From the NCBI GenBank assembly GCA_963838955.1, contig CAWISZ010000004.1, positions 401,979 through 465,978 on the forward strand: a DNA stretch of 64,000 nucleotides, given 5' to 3'. Shown here one piece after another: positions 1 to 10,423 of this stretch. The position numbers and the translations under genes were made by a program. Numbering within the stretch: the first letter of the stretch is position 1; each line of letters opens with the position of its first letter. The notes beneath the pieces were generated by a model. It was not told the DNA's origin, searched no databases, and was given only the letters and a program-made list of their open reading frames with translations. The stretch is from an uncultured Thermoplasmata archaeon (GTDB taxonomy: Archaea > Thermoplasmatota > Thermoplasmata > Lutacidiplasmatales > UBA184).

Positions 1-1510
1 GATCGCCGAGTCGATGTACCAGGACACGGCCTACGTCGACCCGGAGCGTCACTCCCTCGTCCACTTCAAGCGCGGCTACTTCTTCGAGTTCTTCAGCGAT
101 CCGCCGTTCTCCCACGCGGTCTGCGGGGAGCACACGCTCAAGGGGCTCCAGGGGACGTACATCGACGCCGAGGACGGCCGCCTCGAGGGCCGGACGGTGG
201 CCCACGGCGCCGCGGACAGCGTCATGCAATGGAACGTCCCGGCCGACGGAGCCGAGGGCACGACGATCCGTCTGTTCGTTTCGGTCGGTCAGAGCCTCGC
301 GGCCGTGCACCAGACGCGTCAATACGTGGCCAAAGGGGGCGCGGCACGGTTCGAACGCGAGAGCGAGCAGTTCTGGGAGACCTGGGCGCATCGGAGGCTG
401 CCCCAGGCCCCGGTGGAACTGATGGGCAAGGTCGCCGACGTCTACCGCGCGAGCGTGCTCGTGATGCGCCACGTCGCCGGCGCGAACGGCTCGATCATCG
501 CCTCGCCCGACACGCGCAGCCTCGTAGCCTGGGGCGACACCTACAACTTCTGCTGGTGGCGCGACGGCGGATACGTGTCGAAGGCGATGGATGAGGCCGG
601 GCTCTACGAGAACGCCCAGCGCTTCCTCAAATTCGCCCAGAAGTGCCAGGACCCGGACGGTTCGTTCTACCACCGCCACTTCCCCGACGGAGCGATCGGC
701 AGCACCTGGCACCCCCCGCCGTTCCTCCAGATCGACCAGACGGCCACGGTCGTCTCGGCGGTCTGGCACCATTTCAAGCGGGGCGCCGACCCGGAGATCC
801 TCCTCGAACTGTGGCCGATGGTGAAGGGCGCGGCGAACTTCCTGACCCACTTCCGCGATCCCGAGACGCGCCTCCCCGCCGCCTCCTACGATCTCTGGGA
901 GGAGCGGCGGGGGATCCACACCTACTCGACGGCGGCGGTCGGCCACGCGCTCGAACGGGCCGCCCGGATCGCGGAAGAGATCGGCAAGGAGCCGAGCGTC
1001 TGGCGGGACGCCGGCCTCGAGATCCGCGAGGCGGCGCTCGAGCACCTCTGGGACTCCGACCGGCAGTGCTTCCTGCGCTCGCTCGATCCCCGGGACGAAC
1101 GCATGGATTCCTCCCTCCTCCTCGCCCTGAAGCTCGGGCTCGTGCCGTGGAGCGATCCGCGCGCCCGCGACGCGGTCGACGCGGTCGAGGCACGGCTCTG
1201 GTCCCCACGGTTCGGCGGCGTCGCCCGCTACGAGGGGGACACGTACTACGGCGCGGAGAATCCGTGGATCATCTGCACGCTCTGGCTCGCCGAGGCCCGG
1301 CTGCGCCTCGGGGACCGGGATCGCTGCCGGAAGCTCATCGAGTGGGCGGCGGAGCACGCCACCCCCACGCAGATGCTCCCCGAGCAGGTCGACGCGGCGA
1401 CCGGCGAGCCGAAATCCGCCACTCCGCTCACCTGGTCCCACTCCACGTTCGTCGACGTGATCCACAAGTACCAAGAGCCCGAGGAGCGCCGCGCGCTGCT
1501 CGACGAGTGA
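1..1510 (+). CDS. Glycoside hydrolase family 15 (glucoamylase/trehalase-like), 5'-truncated by window edge
   Basis: YNFCWWRDG, QIDQTA, YDLWEE, MLPEQVD and PLTWSH motifs typical of GH15. Confidence 0.9.
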   Translation, partial: IAESMYQDTAYVDPERHSLVHFKRGYFFEFFSDPPFSHAVCGEHTLKGLQGTYIDAEDGRLEGRTVAHGAADSVMQWNVPADGAEGTTIRLFVSVGQSLAAVHQTRQYVAKGGAARFERESEQFWETWAHRRLPQAPVELMGKVADVYRASVLVMRHVAGANGSIIASPDTRSLVAWGDTYNFCWWRDGGYVSKAMDEAGLYENAQRFLKFAQKCQDPDGSFYHRHFPDGAIGSTWHPPPFLQIDQTATVVSAVWHHFKRGADPEILLELWPMVKGAANFLTHFRDPETRLPAASYDLWEERRGIHTYSTAAVGHALERAARIAEEIGKEPSVWRDAGLEIREAALEHLWDSDRQCFLRSLDPRDERMDSSLLLALKLGLVPWSDPRARDAVDAVEARLWSPRFGGVARYEGDTYYGAENPWIICTLWLAEARLRLGDRDRCRKLIEWAAEHATPTQMLPEQVDAATGEPKSATPLTWSHSTFVDVIHKYQEPEERRALLDE

Positions 1511-1546
1511 TCGACCCGGGCGGCGGGGCCGCGCGTCCGGGGAGCC

Positions 1547-2500
1547 TCAGGACCGACCTTGGGTCGAGGCGATCTGTCCGGAGCGGGAATCCACGCCGAT
1601 CAGCTTCATGTACGCGTCCTCGAGGGTCAGGGTGGCCCCCGCGAAGGAGCGGACCGGGCCGAGCTCGACACATTTGCGCAGGATCGCGACCCGGGTCTCG
1701 TCGCGGCCGTCGTACGTGATGCGGAAGCGCCTCGGCTCGATCATGTCCACGCCGCCGGCGAGCCCCGAGAGCGCGACGAACCGCTCCGCGGGAACCGGTC
1801 GGGCGAACTCCACGTCGACCTCGGTCTCGGCATACATCGAGGAGATCGCGGCGACGGTCTCGTTGAGGAGGATCTTGCCCTGGTTGATGAAGACCGCGCG
1901 ATCGCAGATCTCCGTGACCTCGCTGAGAAGATGCGAGCTCATCAGGATCAGGCGCTCCTTCTTCAGCTGCAATAGGATGTTGCGGATCGCGATGCGCTCC
2001 GCCGGATCGAGCCCGCTCGTCGGCTCGTCCAGGATGATGATCGCCGGATCGCTCAGGAGCGAAGCCGCGATCACGACCCGCTGACGCTGGCCCTTCGACA
2101 GCTTTCCCGACTTCCGCTCCAGCGGAGGCAGGTCGAGCTCCGTCGTGAGCTCTCGGACCCGCGCATGCGTCTCGGCCCGGCTCATGCCGCGCAGGTCCCC
2201 GACCATCTCGAGCGCGGCGGTCGAGCTCTGCCACGGGTACGGTTCGGGCGACTCGATCACGGTCCCGACGTCCCACAGGGCCCGCTTCGGGTCGACGTGT
2301 ACGTCGATGTCGTTGATGAAGGCGTTGCCGCCGGTCGGGTTCGCGAGATGGCTCATCATCTTCAGCGTGGTCGTCTTCCCCGCTCCGTTCGGGCCGAGAT
2401 AGCCGATCGCGCCGTTCCCCTCGAACTTGAACGAGACGTCGCTCAAGGCGAAGAACGAGCCGTACTGCTTCGTCAGATGACGGGCTTCCAAACTCGGCAT
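1547..2500 (-). CDS. ABC-2 type transporter ATP-binding protein
   Basis: Walker A GPNGAGKTT, signature LSKGQRQR, Walker B IILDEP, H-loop SSH. Confidence 0.95.
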   Translation of the reverse strand: MPSLEARHLTKQYGSFFALSDVSFKFEGNGAIGYLGPNGAGKTTTLKMMSHLANPTGGNAFINDIDVHVDPKRALWDVGTVIESPEPYPWQSSTAALEMVGDLRGMSRAETHARVRELTTELDLPPLERKSGKLSKGQRQRVVIAASLLSDPAIIILDEPTSGLDPAERIAIRNILLQLKKERLILMSSHLLSEVTEICDRAVFINQGKILLNETVAAISSMYAETEVDVEFARPVPAERFVALSGLAGGVDMIEPRRFRITYDGRDETRVAILRKCVELGPVRSFAGATLTLEDAYMKLIGVDSRSGQIASTQGRS

Positions 2501-2509
2501 GGCTCCTCT

Positions 2510-3307
2510 TCACGTCTCCTGGTGATCGTAGAGCACGAGCGCGATGGCGAGGAATATCACCGTGTACAGGGCCATGATGATCGTCGATTGCCACACCGCC
2601 GGAGAGCCCGCGGAAAGGCCGTACTCGACCGAAGTGGGGATCACGAGGGCCGCGTACAGGATCGACCAGAGGACGTACTGCGAGCCGACCAGGGCCCCGA
2701 TCAGGGCGTCGACGATCATGAACACGACCAGGAGGATGAGGATGGTCACGACGAGCCCGATCGCGGGGCTCTTCGACACCGAGCTCAGACAGAACGCGAA
2801 GGCGAGGATCCCGAGGAGGAGCAACAGCTCGAGGAGGTAGGAGAGGCCGAGGTTGAACCAGGGAACCGCGGCGAACGAATAGAAGTAGATCCCCCCGAAG
2901 AGCGCGAACGCGTAGAAGATCGACAGGAGCAAGACGCTGACGAGGAACGCGGCGGCGAACCGGCCTCCGAGGAGGACGCGGCGCTTGACGGGCAACGCGA
3001 GCGTAAAGTACCCGCTCTTCGTTCCGAAGTCGGTCGAGATGGCGTCCCCGCCGAAGAACGCAGCGGTCACGATCGATAGGAAGCTTGCGAAGCCGAGCAG
3101 GCCGGCGATGTAGCCCGTCGTGGTGGTCCCGAATGCCCCGTGCACGAACACGCCGCCCTTGATCACGAAGGCGATCGTGATCCCGCCCCCGATGGCGAGG
3201 ATGATGGCGAGGATGATCCAGAAGCGGGAGGTCTGCACGTATCCCGCGAGCTGGGTGCGAACCGCGACCTTGAACTGCGAACTGTCGGAGACGATCGATC
3301 GGGCCAT
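2510..3307 (-). CDS. ABC-2 type transporter permease
   Basis: About 6 hydrophobic segments; directly upstream of the ATPase. Confidence 0.85.
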   Translation of the reverse strand: MARSIVSDSSQFKVAVRTQLAGYVQTSRFWIILAIILAIGGGITIAFVIKGGVFVHGAFGTTTTGYIAGLLGFASFLSIVTAAFFGGDAISTDFGTKSGYFTLALPVKRRVLLGGRFAAAFLVSVLLLSIFYAFALFGGIYFYSFAAVPWFNLGLSYLLELLLLLGILAFAFCLSSVSKSPAIGLVVTILILLVVFMIVDALIGALVGSQYVLWSILYAALVIPTSVEYGLSAGSPAVWQSTIIMALYTVIFLAIALVLYDHQET

Positions 3308-3371
3308 CGCGGCGTATCGAAATCGATACTGTATATGAACCTTGGTCCCAACGGGGCGCCGGCGCGTCGGA

Positions 3372-4373
3372 CTAGAGCAGCCGGTACTCCCGGCGACGTG
3401 AATCTCCGAGGGAGACCGACTCCTCCACGAGCCCCTGCTTGCGCAACGACTCGAGCGCGCTCTGCACCGTTCGGCGCGGGAGTCGGGAGAGCTGCACGAG
3501 CTCGCTCTGGTCGGTCCCGCGGTACGTCTCGAGCAGGTAGTACAGGAATTTCGCCGCGGGAGCCCCGTCGACCTTCTTCCCCGTACGAATGCCCCCCAAC
3601 GATTCGCCTCGCAGGCCGAGCCGCTCGGAGGCGAGCGGCGCCACCGACGTCAGTGCGATGTTCCCCAGGTTCACGTCAGAGCCGAGGCGGCGCAGCAGCT
3701 GGACCTGCTGGCTCTCCATCGGGGCCTCGATGATGAGTTCGTCTAGCGGGTGCGCGGACAGGATGGCCCGGACCCAGTCCCACTTGATCGCCCCCTCCCC
3801 GTCGTAGATCCCCACCGAGCGGCCCGCCTCCCGGCTCTCGACGACGACCTGGCGAGGCTGCTGGGTCCGGGCCCAGCCGATCTGATCGAGGGTCTCCTTG
3901 AGCGAAAGCTGCTGCTGGAGGTCCTTCTTACCGACCTCGATGTAGACATCGAGCCCCCGTCGCTTCCCCTCGGCGGTGAGGCGTTCCATCTGGTCTCGGG
4001 AAAGATCGAGGATCCCGTTGGAGACCTCCAGGATGTCGAACCCAAGCTCCCGGGCCTCGCCGATCATCTCGAAGGCCCGATTGTGGCTGACCGCGTACTC
4101 CAGCAGCGTTCCACCCGTGGAGACCTCGATGCCTCGGTCGTGGTACAGGCCGATGCGCGCTCGCACCTTGTCCCGGGGGATGAGGAGCGGCAGCCCCCAA
4201 CCGATCTTCGCCACGTCGATGTACGGGGCAAGTTCATCGAGCTCGGAGGCGCGCAGGCCGTGAAGCCGGTCGAGTACGTGGGTGATCCCTTTCGTTCGGG
4301 GACGCTCGACCCGAGGCAATTCCGCCGGAAAGAACTTCCCGGATACCTTCGCTCGAACCGTCTTTGCCATCAA
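3372..4373 (-). CDS. comA: Phosphosulfolactate synthase (ComA-like) with C-terminal winged-helix domain
   Basis: RPRTKGITHVLD, DVAKIGWG, STGGTLLE, EVGKK, VESRE, VNLGNI, ERLGLRG; C-terminal LSRLPRRTVQSALESLRKQGLV...DSRRREY wHTH. Confidence 0.85.
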   Translation of the reverse strand: MMAKTVRAKVSGKFFPAELPRVERPRTKGITHVLDRLHGLRASELDELAPYIDVAKIGWGLPLLIPRDKVRARIGLYHDRGIEVSTGGTLLEYAVSHNRAFEMIGEARELGFDILEVSNGILDLSRDQMERLTAEGKRRGLDVYIEVGKKDLQQQLSLKETLDQIGWARTQQPRQVVVESREAGRSVGIYDGEGAIKWDWVRAILSAHPLDELIIEAPMESQQVQLLRRLGSDVNLGNIALTSVAPLASERLGLRGESLGGIRTGKKVDGAPAAKFLYYLLETYRGTDQSELVQLSRLPRRTVQSALESLRKQGLVEESVSLGDSRRREYRLL

Positions 4374-4382
4374 ACTCCCCGA

Positions 4383-4715
4383 TTAGGCGCAGTATGCGCC
4401 GACGCCCACTTCCTCCGCGGGTATAGCCTCTCCGGCGAGATCGACCGAGATTCGCAGCTCGCGCAACGGGCGCCTCCAGGGCATACCGAGCAATCGTTCC
4501 GTCCCCGTCTCGACCAAGTCCGTCCGCCGGGACCACTGCCGAAGTTGACACGAGAAGCGCGCACAGTGCGACGACCCAGCCGCGGGCGAAGGCGGCGGCC
4601 CGTCCGCCTCCTTCGATGGGAGAGGGCGGAGCGAGGAGCGTTCGATGCGAGCCTCCCGTCTGAAGCGGGCTCCTGCGGCGAAGGGAAGTCTCGCAAGCTC
4701 CCGCCTCTCCGTCAT
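4383..4715 (-). CDS. Possible small hypothetical protein
   Basis: ATG-started 110-aa ORF ending 9 bp before comA; no recognisable motif. Confidence 0.3.
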   Translation of the reverse strand: MTERRELARLPFAAGARFRREARIERSSLRPLPSKEADGPPPSPAAGSSHCARFSCQLRQWSRRTDLVETGTERLLGMPWRRPLRELRISVDLAGEAIPAEEVGVGAYCA

Positions 4716-4854
4716 GAGGTCGATCGCGACTCTATCTCCTCGATTTCAGGAGCTCATCGGACCCCTCCGTCCGTACGAACGCTCTAGGGAACCGCGCACT
4801 CCTCATCTAGGGTTGCGCCGGCCGCGCCGAACAATGCGGGCCGAACGGCAAGGC

Positions 4855-4884
4855 TAATAATACATATGAACATGTATATTCATG
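4855..4884 (+). promoter_or_regulatory. AT-rich promoter with inverted repeat ATGAA-N8-TTCAT overlapping the antitoxin start (probable TA operator)
   Basis: ctaataatacatatgaacatgtatattcatg. Confidence 0.5.
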
Positions 4885-5088
4885 CCTTCGCAAAACATCG
4901 CCGTGCAGAAGGGCGTGTACGATGCCCTGCGAAAGGAGAAACGCGGAGAGGAGAGTTTCACGGAGTTGTTCCGCCGCTTGCTCGACGAGCGGGGCGCCCT
5001 CGAGGAGATCCTCGGGAGCTGGGGGAAGACGTCGGCGGCCGCCGACCGGGCCGCCCTCCACCGCCTGCGGGAGGGAGGTCGGTCGTGA
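4882..5088 (+). CDS. vapB: VapB-type antitoxin (DUF217-like)
   Basis: NIAVQKGVYDALRKEKRGEESFTELFRRLL; GTGA overlap with the PIN gene. Confidence 0.85.
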   Translation: MPSQNIAVQKGVYDALRKEKRGEESFTELFRRLLDERGALEEILGSWGKTSAAADRAALHRLREGGRS

Positions 5089-5474
5089 AAGCCCTCGACA
5101 CGCCCGTCCTTCTCGCGCTCCTCCAGGGAGCTCCCACGGCGAAAGCGCTCCTGAAGTCGCTCTCGGGGGAGGAGCTCGCGACGACGGAGGCCAATATGCT
5201 CGAGCTCTCGGCGCTGGCGGCCCGCAGCGACTCCAGAACCTCGCGCATCCGGGCCCTCGAACGGCTTCGCCGGCGCCTAACGGTGCTTCCGATCGATCCG
5301 CAGGCGGTTGTCGAGGTCACCGGCCGACGGTCGGGCGACCGAGCGGGCAGTATGCTCGTATGGGCGATGTACGGCGCCCTCCAGACGCGTGGCTGCGCAG
5401 AACTGATCACCGACACGAGAGGCACACTCCCCGGCGGTCGCTGGCGGTTCAAGGTCCGTCGTGTTCGATTATAG
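5085..5474 (+). CDS. vapC: PIN-domain VapC-like toxin (possibly degenerate)
   Basis: GTG start; ALDTPVLL, NMLEL, ELITD PIN-like pattern. Confidence 0.7.
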   Translation: MKALDTPVLLALLQGAPTAKALLKSLSGEELATTEANMLELSALAARSDSRTSRIRALERLRRRLTVLPIDPQAVVEVTGRRSGDRAGSMLVWAMYGALQTRGCAELITDTRGTLPGGRWRFKVRRVRL

Positions 5475-6256
5475 ATAACTGACAATCGACTGTTACGTAT
5501 GTACAGAGTCTTCGACTTGTTTACTAGGCGACGCACGGACCGGCCTGCTAAGGAAGATCGCATTACGAGGCCGTACACGGGTTTTCGGATCCAGAGGAGG
5601 GCTGGAGGGCTCCCTAGACTCCTTTACATGGATTCCGCTGTATACCATATTCAGTAATGTATAAAGCGTAATAATAGTTCCTAATCATCCGATATAGGGG
5701 GCAGGCAACCGGAGGGATCGCCGTACCTGAGTGCATTCTCTGACGGAGCGGCGTATAACAGGAGTTATACAAACCCCCAAGGGATTCGTTCCACCCCAGC
5801 CAGACTCTCGAAGACACGAGTGGATCTCCACTTGGGGCCGAAGCCCGCTGCCAGCGAACGAATCGTCCCTGCCGGAATCCCGAACCCCGCAGCCGACATG
5901 CGTCGGGGTCTCGGGTTCGCGAAGGCTCCATTTCAGCGACCGATCGTGGATGAGCGTGATTACCGTACGTAGGAATCGTTACTTACGTTTCTCAAGCCGC
6001 AGGTATCGCTACGGTCTGAGTCCAGTTCGGACCGCCCGAACCGAGGATCGCATCCACCGCGTAGGGAGGCATGCGATCGATCGGCCGGGGCCGGACGGGC
6101 AGTCTACGCCAGTGGGGGTGGTGCAGTACTACATATGTATACATATATGTATGGAATGCCTCCATCGCAGCCGTTCCCACCGCACGGTGTCGCTCGGAAG
6201 GGTGCGTGTGGACGCCTCGGAGCGCCCGCCGGTGCGGAAGGTGCCCCGGAACCCGT

Positions 6257-7585
6257 CTACGGGGGCGGGGAGGCAGTTCGGGGACGGCCGCCTCCGCCCA
6301 GCGGGGTCGGAGTCCGGTACGCGCTCACGTACAACCACACCACGGTAACCGCGAGGATGACACCGAACAGCATCCCCGCGTTGGTAAGGCCGATCGTTTC
6401 GGATGCTTCGGCGACGCCGATGGTCGGGACCGCGAGTGCGAGGTAGCCGGCGCTGTAGAACCCGGCCAGGATCTCCCCGCGTTTGTCCTCCGGGGAGACT
6501 CGATCGATGAGGGTAACACTCCCCATGAACGTGAGGCCGATCGACACGCCCACTCCCGCGCTCACGAGGAGGAGCAACGACCATGAGGTCAGCGGAAGGA
6601 TCACCACGAGGGCGACGAGCGCGACGAGCAAGAGCGGGAATCCCACGAGGAGCGCCCGTCGATCCCGGATCTGAGACGTTCCCAGCTGGGTGGCCGCCGC
6701 CGTTCCGAACATGAGGGCGACGACGACGCCCGCGGCGAGCGGGCTCGAGATGTCGAGTTCGCTCCGCAGGTAGGAGGGGATGAGCGCTGCGAAGAGGCCG
6801 TAGATCGAGTAGCACGCGGCGATTCCGCCGGCAGCGACCCAGAACCAGCGCCGGAGCGCAGGGGGGACCGAGATGCGTTGGATCCGCACCTTGAGATGGA
6901 GTCCGACGGCCGCTGCAGTCTCGGGAGTGACGTAGACCGCGCATAGGCCGATGACGCTCGCGAGCACCGGCAACAGGTAGACGAGATCCGTGGGGTAGGT
7001 GGCGTACTCCACGAGGAACCCGCTCAGCGCCACGCCGATCGCGAATCCGCCGAAGTTGGCCGCGACCGCGACGCGAGCGACGTGATGCTGGTCTCGGTAC
7101 GGCTCGAGATCGCTCATCGCCGCCGTGGCCACGGAGGTGGTCACCCCCACGGCCATCCCCGAGACGATCCGTGCGAGAGCGAGCCATGCGACCCCCGGAG
7201 CGAACGCGAAGATCGCAGCGCCGAGCGCCGTGAAGATCATCCCCAGGTACAGCATCTTCTTCCGGCCCACACGCTCGGCTTGGGGGGCCACGAAGAACAG
7301 TGTCAGGAGCACTCCGGCCGTGTAAGCTCCGAAGACGAGCCCGAGAGTTCCAGAGGAGAATTGGAACTGTTGCTGGTACAGGGGGTAGAGCGGGGTCGGG
7401 ATTGCGGCCGCGAACGCCGTGACCGCGAGAACGTACGCCGTCCAACGGAACGCACCGCGGGGGCCCCGGATCATGAACGAGCGCAACCCGTCCGAGCCGG
7501 CAGGCGCGTTTGCCGCGCTCACGACCGTGGTCCTGGGTGGTGGAGGCATACCCGGGAGGGGACGCTGTCGGTCACGGGGCCCCAA
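6257..7585 (-). CDS. MFS transporter (start uncertain)
   Basis: PTPLYPLY, AERVGRK motif A, ARIVSG, about 12 TM segments. Confidence 0.9.
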   Translation of the reverse strand: MGPRDRQRPLPGMPPPPRTTVVSAANAPAGSDGLRSFMIRGPRGAFRWTAYVLAVTAFAAAIPTPLYPLYQQQFQFSSGTLGLVFGAYTAGVLLTLFFVAPQAERVGRKKMLYLGMIFTALGAAIFAFAPGVAWLALARIVSGMAVGVTTSVATAAMSDLEPYRDQHHVARVAVAANFGGFAIGVALSGFLVEYATYPTDLVYLLPVLASVIGLCAVYVTPETAAAVGLHLKVRIQRISVPPALRRWFWVAAGGIAACYSIYGLFAALIPSYLRSELDISSPLAAGVVVALMFGTAAATQLGTSQIRDRRALLVGFPLLLVALVALVVILPLTSWSLLLLVSAGVGVSIGLTFMGSVTLIDRVSPEDKRGEILAGFYSAGYLALAVPTIGVAEASETIGLTNAGMLFGVILAVTVVWLYVSAYRTPTPLGGGGRPRTASPPP

Positions 7586-7621
7586 ATCCGAGCGGACTTA
7601 TTCAGTATCGGGCCGCCCGGT

Positions 7622-8928
7622 TTAGACCCCGATCAGTGCCGGTTCGGAGGAGCGACCCTGGCTCGATGCCGCGGGCCATAGCAGGACCGCGCCGATCACG
7701 CAGAGGACCCCCGAAGTGGCGAAGGCGAGGACCGGCGTGAAGTACGTCCACAGGGCGCCGACGAGCAAGGATCCCAACAGGATCGTAGCCCCTGCACCGT
7801 TCCGAGACGACCGAAAGCCCGGCCGGCGAGTTGCGGGGAGACGTTCCGGGCGACCCAGGCAGCCTCGGCGACCCCCTGGATGCCCACCTGGACACCCGCG
7901 ACCACGAACGCGAGGACTCCGATGAGGAGTCCTCCGCCGACCACGAGGAAGAGATCGACCAGTGCGAATAGGACGAAGGACAGCGCTACAAGCCCGAGCC
8001 CGGGAGAACGGTCCGACAGGTGCCCGGCCGGGTACGATACGATCGTGTAGAGGACGTTGTAGAGGAGGTAGAGGAGGAGCGCGGTGATCGTGATGGCAGC
8101 GACCGATCCGCCCGTGGCCGGCAGTAGGTTCTCCCCCACCCGCAAAAGCGCGAGGAGGATGCTGAAGTACCCCAGCCCGAACACGGCCTCGGCGAGCAGG
8201 AACCACCGGAACGATCGGGGGAGCTGGGCGGGCGCTCGGGGGGCGGGCGTCGTGGGCTCGACCGCGGCCTGCTTGCGGTCCCGGACGATGAACAGCACGA
8301 TGATCACGGCGACGGCGCTCGGGATGATGCTCACGAGAAAGATCGTGCGAAAGGCCGGCGTCGGGTCCGCGCCGGGCCCGTAGGCGTAGGTGGCCAGGAC
8401 CGCCACGGCGACCACCGTGCCGATGATCGCGCCGGCGGAATCCAGGGCCTGCTCCAGGCCGAACGTGCGGCCCTGACGGCCGGGAGGCGAGGCGTTGGCG
8501 AGCATGGCGCCCTTGATCGGCTGGCGCGTCCCGCGTCCCAACCAGGCGCTGACGCGTAGCAGGAGAACCTGAGGCCAGGCCGTAGTGAGCGCGATCAGGC
8601 CGTGCGCCGCGCCGGTGATCGCGTAGCCGATCGCGGCCTTGCCCTTCCGGTCGCGTCCTCGAGTCCAGCGATCGCCCGAGACCGTCGACATCACGCTCTG
8701 GCCAAACTGCGCGGCTCCGTCCACCAGGCCGACGATGAAAGGGGATGCCGCGAGCGAGAACGCCAGGAAGAAGGGCAGGATCGGGAGGACCATCTCGTAT
8801 CCCCAGTCGGCGAACAGGCTGGTGAACGAGATCGCCCACACATCCCCTGGAATCGGTTCTCGAGGACCCGCCGCGCTGGCCTCCACGGTATCCGGGATGC
8901 GGATCCGAGGAAGCTCTTCCGTGCTCAC
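7622..8928 (-). CDS. MFS transporter, frameshifted near 7790 (probable homopolymer indel)
   Basis: 7696..9048 frame (SLFADWGYEMVLPILP...RLGTVQG) continues in the 7622 frame (ATILLGSLLVGALW); start uncertain. Confidence 0.8.
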
Positions 8929-9092
8929 GGCCGGCTGGGGGACCGAAATCGAGGGCAGGTATTGAACGTATGGAGGCGCGGCTCGTCGCAGATGCGCGCC
9001 CGGTGGCGGAGCAGGCCGAGCGCGATGGCTATATTCACTCACCGGCATCGGATGGTCGGAGCTGCCGGGCCTAGGTCCGGTGGACCCGCACG

Positions 9093-10043
9093 ATGAAGAC
9101 GGAAGCCAAGAAAGTCTGGATGGACGGCACGCTCGTCGACTTCGCGGACGCCAAGTCCCACGTGCTCGGCCACTCGCTCCATTACGGGGTGGCGGTCTTC
9201 GAAGGGATCCGCGCGTACCCGACCGCCCGCGGTACGGCGATCTTCCGCCTCAAGGAGCACGTGGAGCGGTTCCTCGCCTCCGCTCGTTTCTACTTCCTAC
9301 CCGTGCCGTACAGCGCCGCGGAGATCGAGCGCGCGATCATCGAGACGACCGCCGCGAACGACATCGCCCCCGCCTACATCCGCCCCCTGATCTACCGAGG
9401 CGAGCCGGGCCTCGGCGTGAAGAACTTGACCGGCAAGGTCTCGCTCACGATCGGGGTGATCCCGGCGACCAAGTACCTCGGTGCCACCTCCAACGAGGGC
9501 GTGAAGACGAAGATCTCCCCGTTCCGCAAGCCCCGCTCGGACGCCATCCCATCGTGGGCCAAAGCGGCGGGCAACTACCTCAACAGCTACCTCGCGGGGA
9601 TCGACGCGCTGAAGGAGGGCTACGAGGAGGCCATCCTCCTCGACGCCCTCGGCCACCTCGCCGAGGGGACGGGCGAGAACATCTTTCTCGTGCGGAACCG
9701 CACGCTGTACACCCCCGGTCCGGAGTCGGACATCCTCATGGGAGTCACGCGCGACTCCGTCATTCGAATCGCCCGAGATCTCGACTACGAGGTCGTGGAG
9801 AAGCCTCTGTCGGTCAACGAGCTCTTCTCCGCCGACGAGGCGTTCTTCTCGGGAACGTACGCCGAGATCGCCCCGATCCGCTCGGTGGGACAGTACGTCA
9901 TCGGCACCGGAAAGGTCGGTCCCGTGACCCGGGACATCTCCGAGGTCTACTACCGGACGGTGAAGGGCGAGGAGAAGAAGTACGCCGACTGGCTCACGCT
10001 CGTTCCGAAGCTGACGACCCCGACCGTCCGACCTCGAGCGTAA
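9093..10043 (+). CDS. ilvE: Branched-chain amino acid aminotransferase
   Basis: LHYGVAVFEGIRAY, YIRP, AKAAGNY (PLP lysine), EGTGENIF, GVTR. Confidence 0.95.
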   Translation: MKTEAKKVWMDGTLVDFADAKSHVLGHSLHYGVAVFEGIRAYPTARGTAIFRLKEHVERFLASARFYFLPVPYSAAEIERAIIETTAANDIAPAYIRPLIYRGEPGLGVKNLTGKVSLTIGVIPATKYLGATSNEGVKTKISPFRKPRSDAIPSWAKAAGNYLNSYLAGIDALKEGYEEAILLDALGHLAEGTGENIFLVRNRTLYTPGPESDILMGVTRDSVIRIARDLDYEVVEKPLSVNELFSADEAFFSGTYAEIAPIRSVGQYVIGTGKVGPVTRDISEVYYRTVKGEEKKYADWLTLVPKLTTPTVRPRA

Positions 10044-10069
10044 CGCGCTCGGACGTGCGAGCGGAGCCG

Positions 10070-10414
10070 ATGCCGTTCCCCCCCTCCGTGCGCTCGCTCA
10101 CGAAGACCGAGCTCGCCGGGATCGATGTCTACGTCCACGACGACGGACGGACCCAGATCTTGTTCATGGAGCTCGGGAAGGACCGGGCCGAGGTCGTCGT
10201 GCCGACGCACACCCACGATGTCGAGTGGGGGATCGTGGTGGAGGGACGAATCGAGATGACGATCGATGGCCGGACCGAGTCCCACCCCGCGGGGGCCACG
10301 CACCTCATCCCGGCCCGGGTGCCCCACAGCTTCCGGTTCACGCCGGGGACATCGAGCGTCCACTACTTCATCGAGAAGCGGGTCGCTCTTCCGGCAGCGT
10401 CGCCGCGTCCCTGA
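10070..10414 (+). CDS. Cupin-domain protein
   Basis: PTHTH-x2-EWG and IPARVPHSF cupin motifs. Confidence 0.85.
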   Translation: MPFPPSVRSLTKTELAGIDVYVHDDGRTQILFMELGKDRAEVVVPTHTHDVEWGIVVEGRIEMTIDGRTESHPAGATHLIPARVPHSFRFTPGTSSVHYFIEKRVALPAASPRP

Positions 10415-10423
10415 CGGGACGAG

